A stretch of DNA of 64,000 nucleotides from Thermomicrobiales bacterium (GTDB lineage: Bacteria; Chloroflexota; Chloroflexia; Thermomicrobiales; UBA6265): positions 128,613 to 192,612 of the forward strand of contig JASGJI010000019.1 in assembly GCA_049840815.1 (NCBI GenBank), given 5' to 3'. Every line of letters begins with the position of its first letter. Within the stretch, counting starts at the first letter, position 1. Made by a program: the position numbers and the translations under genes. The notes under the pieces were generated by a model that had not been told where the DNA came from, searched no databases, and was given only the letters and a program-made list of their open reading frames with translations. Shown here piece by piece: positions 60,346 to 64,000 of the stretch.

Positions 60346-61693
60346 CTAGCGGCCGATACGATCGGTGAACGAAGCCGCAGTGCCAAAGACGGCGAGGTAG
60401 CCGCCACCATCGAGCGGGCTGGGCACGGTGATCGTCTCGCCCAGCGCACCCCGCTCCAGGTCGACGACCACGACCTGGCCATCGCCGCCCTGCGTGACGA
60501 AGCCGAGCGCACCATCCGGCGTCGCGGCGACGGCGCGGTACTGGTTCGCGGCGTAGATGTCCTCGCCCGCCTTCGGTCCCGTCGTCATCGGAGGGATGGC
60601 GATTTCGGCCTTCACCGTGCCGAACGTCGGCGAATCCGCCGCCAGATCGACGACCAGCGCGGCATCCCCCTCGCCCCCGATCCGGGAGAAGAGCACGCTG
60701 TCCGGCGTCAGCGCGAATCGGAAGACGTAGCCCGCACCCAGTTCGGTGCGCGTCACCTCGTCGGAGGAGATGTCCGGCAAGCCAGAGATCGTTCGTCCAC
60801 GTCTCCCAGGCGGTTTCGGCCGCCGCGCGGTTGGCGGTGTAGGAGACGATGTGCGATTCGTCGAGCGAGAGGCGCTGAAAGTAGCCCCGACCGCCGGTTC
60901 GCCCGGAGGCATCCCATCCGTAGGTCATCAGGTAGGTCAGTGCCTCCCCATCCCAGGCGAGCACGTCGATACCATCGTCGGTGGCAGTGAAGAGCGTCGA
61001 GCCGTCGTGCGTGATCGCCTCACCGTGCCCGAACGTGCCGATGTCGACCGTCGAGAGCGGCTCTGCCGACCCAGCGAGCAGATCCACGATCGCGTAAGCC
61101 TCCACCTGATTCGTCACATCGTTCCGGTGGAAGAGCATGTCGTGGGTCATCATCAGGCCAACTTCCCCGGCCTTCGGCAGCGCGACCGGGGTGGCCTCCC
61201 ACGTCTCCAGATCGACCAACACGATCGGCGCATCCTCGGCATCGGTGCCGACGGCAGCGTAGTGACTGTGGTCCGAATCGACTGCGAGATGGCTGACCGT
61301 GGTTCCTGGTAGGCCGACGGTGCGGGAATGGATGTGATCGCCGTGGACCTCGATCGCGACCAGTTCTCGCGCGCCCTCATCCACAAACAGGAGTTGCCCG
61401 TTCGCGAGCGGCAGAAAGCCAGCATGCGTCTGGACGGTCACGCCATCCAACGTTTCGAGGAGCTCGCCGTCCAGCGAGGTGATATGGAGCTGATTAGCGG
61501 CGGGATCGGCGATGGCGAGCCACGCGGTGCCGCCCGCGTGATGGGCGTGATCGTCAGTGGGCGACCCGACCGGCGTGGCCGACTGGGCCAGTGCTGACGA
61601 GGCTGCGGCTCCGACAGCAAGCGTTGCGGCACCGGCGGATGCGGTGCGGAGGAGGGTTCGGCGGTCCAGGCGGCGGACATCGGACACAGGCAT
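60346..61693 (-). pseudogene. Tat-secreted beta-propeller protein, AztD-like; +1 frameshift at ~60775, probably an assembly error
   Basis: DRRTLL signal, DDHAHH and HGDHIH clusters, HGEA. Removing one base restores WLADISSDEV and continues to a stop at 60346. Confidence 0.65.
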
Positions 61694-61727
61694 GCAAGGT
61701 TTCTCCATGGTGGATACGAGCCGGAAC

Positions 61728-61748
61728 TATCGAGACAATATCTCAATA
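61728..61748. promoter_or_regulatory. Zur-like box
   Basis: TATCGAGACA-A-TATCTCAATA, a 10-1-10 palindrome (8/10) between divergent zinc genes; a second weaker one lies at ~61820-61839. Confidence 0.6.
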
Positions 61749-61952
61749 AACCCTACTGGGCGCCCTATGCATCCGTCAAGCCAGCCGCACCACGCTGACG
61801 GTTGTCAGGTTGCACGAATAATTGATACCCAGTATCGTTATCGCTCGATGTGACCCGAAGGCCGGGTTGTCTGTGTCACACCAGCGGCATCCTTGCTGGC
61901 GGTGATTCGGTCAGAGGAACGGTGAGCACCCGCGAGTGAGGAATCTGACACC

Positions 61953-63202
61953 ATGTCTGCGCTATCAACTCCCACCCCGATTGCGGCGCGTGAACCGGCG
62001 ACGCGATTGCCCGTTACGGTCCTGTCTGGCTTCCTCGGGGCCGGCAAGACCACGCTCCTGAACCACCTGCTCACCAATCGAGAAGGAAGGCGCGTCGCGG
62101 TCATCGTCAACGACATGAGCGAGGTGAATATCGATGCCGAACTTGTGCGCGATGGTGGCGCCGATCTCAGCCGGACGGACGACAACTGGTCGAACTGACC
62201 AATGGCTGCATCTGCTGCACCCTGCGCGACGATCTGCTGATGGAGGTCCGCCGCCTGGCCGAGCAGGGTCGATTCGACTACCTGCTGATTGAATCGACCG
62301 GTATCTCCGAACCCCTTCCCGTGGCCGCGACATTCACCTGGCGCGACGACGAAGGCAAGAGCCTGGATGACGTGGCCCGGCTCGACACGATGGTGACGGT
62401 GGTCGATACCGCAAGCCTGCTCCGGGATTTCTCCTCGGTCGACTTCCTGCGGGAGCGCGGCGAATCGAACGGTCCCGGCGATGAGCGGACGCTGATCGAC
62501 CTGCTGGTAGAGCAGATCGAGTTCGCCGATGTGGTGGTGCTGAACAAGACCGATCTCGCGACGCCGGAGCAGCTGGTCGACGCGCGCACGATGATCCGGG
62601 CACTGAATGCGGATGCCCGCATCGTGGAGTCGTCGTTTGGTCGCGTGCCTCTGGACGACGTGCTCGATACCGGGCTGTTCGACGCCGAGCGTGCCGCCGA
62701 GCATCCGCTCTGGGTGCAGGAGCTGAACGGGTTTGCCGATCATGTGCCGGAGACGGAGGAGTACGGCATCCGGAGCTTCGTCTACCGGGCGCGTCCGCCG
62801 TTCAATCCCCTCCGCTTCCATCAATTCCTGCAGGAGGACTGGCCGGGCATCGTGCGGGCGAAGGGCTTCTTCTGGCTGGCGACGCGTCCGGACTGGGCGG
62901 GCGAACTCAGCCTCGCCGGGGCGCAGATGCGGAACGAGGCGAGCGGGTTCTGGTGGGCATCCGTGCCACAGGAACGGTGGCCGCAGTTTCCGGAGTTCCG
63001 ACAGCGCCTGCGCGAGCGGTGGGATCCGCGCTACGGCGACCGCCAGCAGGAGATCGTCTTCATCGGCTCGGCGCAGGATATGGACGAGGCCGCCATGCGT
63101 GCGCGACTGGACGCCTGCCTGGTCGGTCCCGGCACCAGCGAGCCGCTCGATGCCGAGGGCTGGCCGCTGCTGCCCGATCCCTTTCCGGAATGGCGCCGCT
63201 AA
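61953..63202 (+). pseudogene. COG0523/CobW family GTPase (zinc metallochaperone); one-base frameshift at ~62185, probably an assembly error
   Basis: [40 protein letters not shown]. Confidence 0.85.
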
Positions 63203-63373
63203 TGCCATTCCCGAGCGGAAGAACCCCGCGGTCGCTGGCGCTCCCACGCCCGGACACCTCGTCACGGAGTTACGCAATGCCGTAGTTCGAACTCGCCGCG
63301 CATCGTCGTGCGGCCCGTCTCTCTGTCTTGCCGGGAAACCGGCCTGTCATCCGTTCCGGGGAGGAACCGTTTC

Positions 63374-64000
63374 ATGTCCCACGACCGTTTCGCCATCCGT
63401 TCCATCACGCAGCACACTGCCATCTCCCGCCGCGCCGCCGTCTCCGGGGTCGCGGCGGCGGGCGCGACCCTGGCGCTCGGTCTCCACGCCGGAGCGCAGA
63501 CGCCGGAAGCGTCACCGGTGACGTCTCCGGGAGCGTCGCCCGCCGCGTCGCCGATCTCGGCAGGGGCCGGGCGCTACCTCTTTGCCGCGGACCGCACGCA
63601 GACGGCGATCGAGGTCTACTCGGTGCCGGACGGCGCGCTCGCCGGGCGGATCGAGGACATTACCTGCGCGACGCACGCCGGATCGCTGCTCTTGCCGGAT
63701 GGCCGGCTCCTTTTCGGCGACCAGAAGAACGAGGAGATCGTCACCCTTGCCGTGGGAGCAGACGGCACCCCGGCCATCGTCGATCGCGTGCCTGCCACCT
63801 TCGGCTCGGGAGCGGCCTGGATCGCCGCCAGCCCGACGCTTGACTACGTGACGATCGGCTCGTTGCGGGAGGGGGAGCACAGCCAAGTACTCAACATCGT
63901 GGAGATCGCGACGTTCACGAACACGGCGGTCGAGTTCGCCATGAATGAGGACGAGGAGCTGACAGCCTGGCTGCTCAACGACCCGCTGAACCTCTATGTC
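63374..64000 (+). CDS. Tat-secreted AztD-like protein, second paralog, 3'-truncated by the window edge
   Basis: SRRAA signal, ASP-repeat linker, THAGSLLLPDGRLLF matches THAGFLPLANGQLLF of the divergent paralog. Confidence 0.65.
   Translation, partial: MSHDRFAIRSITQHTAISRRAAVSGVAAAGATLALGLHAGAQTPEASPVTSPGASPAASPISAGAGRYLFAADRTQTAIEVYSVPDGALAGRIEDITCATHAGSLLLPDGRLLFGDQKNEEIVTLAVGADGTPAIVDRVPATFGSGAAWIAASPTLDYVTIGSLREGEHSQVLNIVEIATFTNTAVEFAMNEDEELTAWLLNDPLNLYV

Noticed and set aside
59342-61708. 788-aa propeller-ZnuA fusion ORF
   Set aside because: The middle is Arg/Gly-rich off-frame sequence. The real propeller C-terminus is in another frame ending at 60346, and the SBP has its own start and Tat signal.
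1-64000. tRNA, rRNA, IS or prophage
   Set aside because: No cloverleaf, rRNA signature, transposase, integrase or phage gene recognised.

Overview
GC-rich bacterial chromosomal window. I infer a Thermomicrobiales/Chloroflexota-like host from the many twin-arginine secreted proteins with ATP/ASP-rich linkers, the F420-type LLM/PPOX genes and a ChdC-type enzyme. I see no rRNA, tRNA, CRISPR array, integrase or transposase. Main content: (1) a tandem array of seven diverged M20D amidohydrolase paralogs (4990-14215), one lacking a metal-ligand His, separated by stop-codon-anchored inverted-repeat elements carrying GTAG REP-like palindromes; (2) chdC-like and uxuA genes, two MFS genes, and a Tat-exported PQQ-propeller/cupredoxin fusion with a divergent TetR; (3) two sugar ABC operons, linked to an ADP-ribosylglycohydrolase and to a glycogen-debranching-like hydrolase; (4) a Tat-exported molybdoenzyme pair; (5) a near-complete pentose phosphate operon (tkt-tal-gnd-zwf-opcA-pgl-rpiA) interrupted by an antisense two-gene cassette that resembles an orphan toxin/immunity pair; (6) a divergent zinc-scavenging cluster (AztD-like x2, ZnuA-like, COG0523) with Zur-like boxes. 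Four genes carry small frameshifts, probably assembly errors, and one has an in-frame amber codon. All assignments come from motif recognition; no database search was run.
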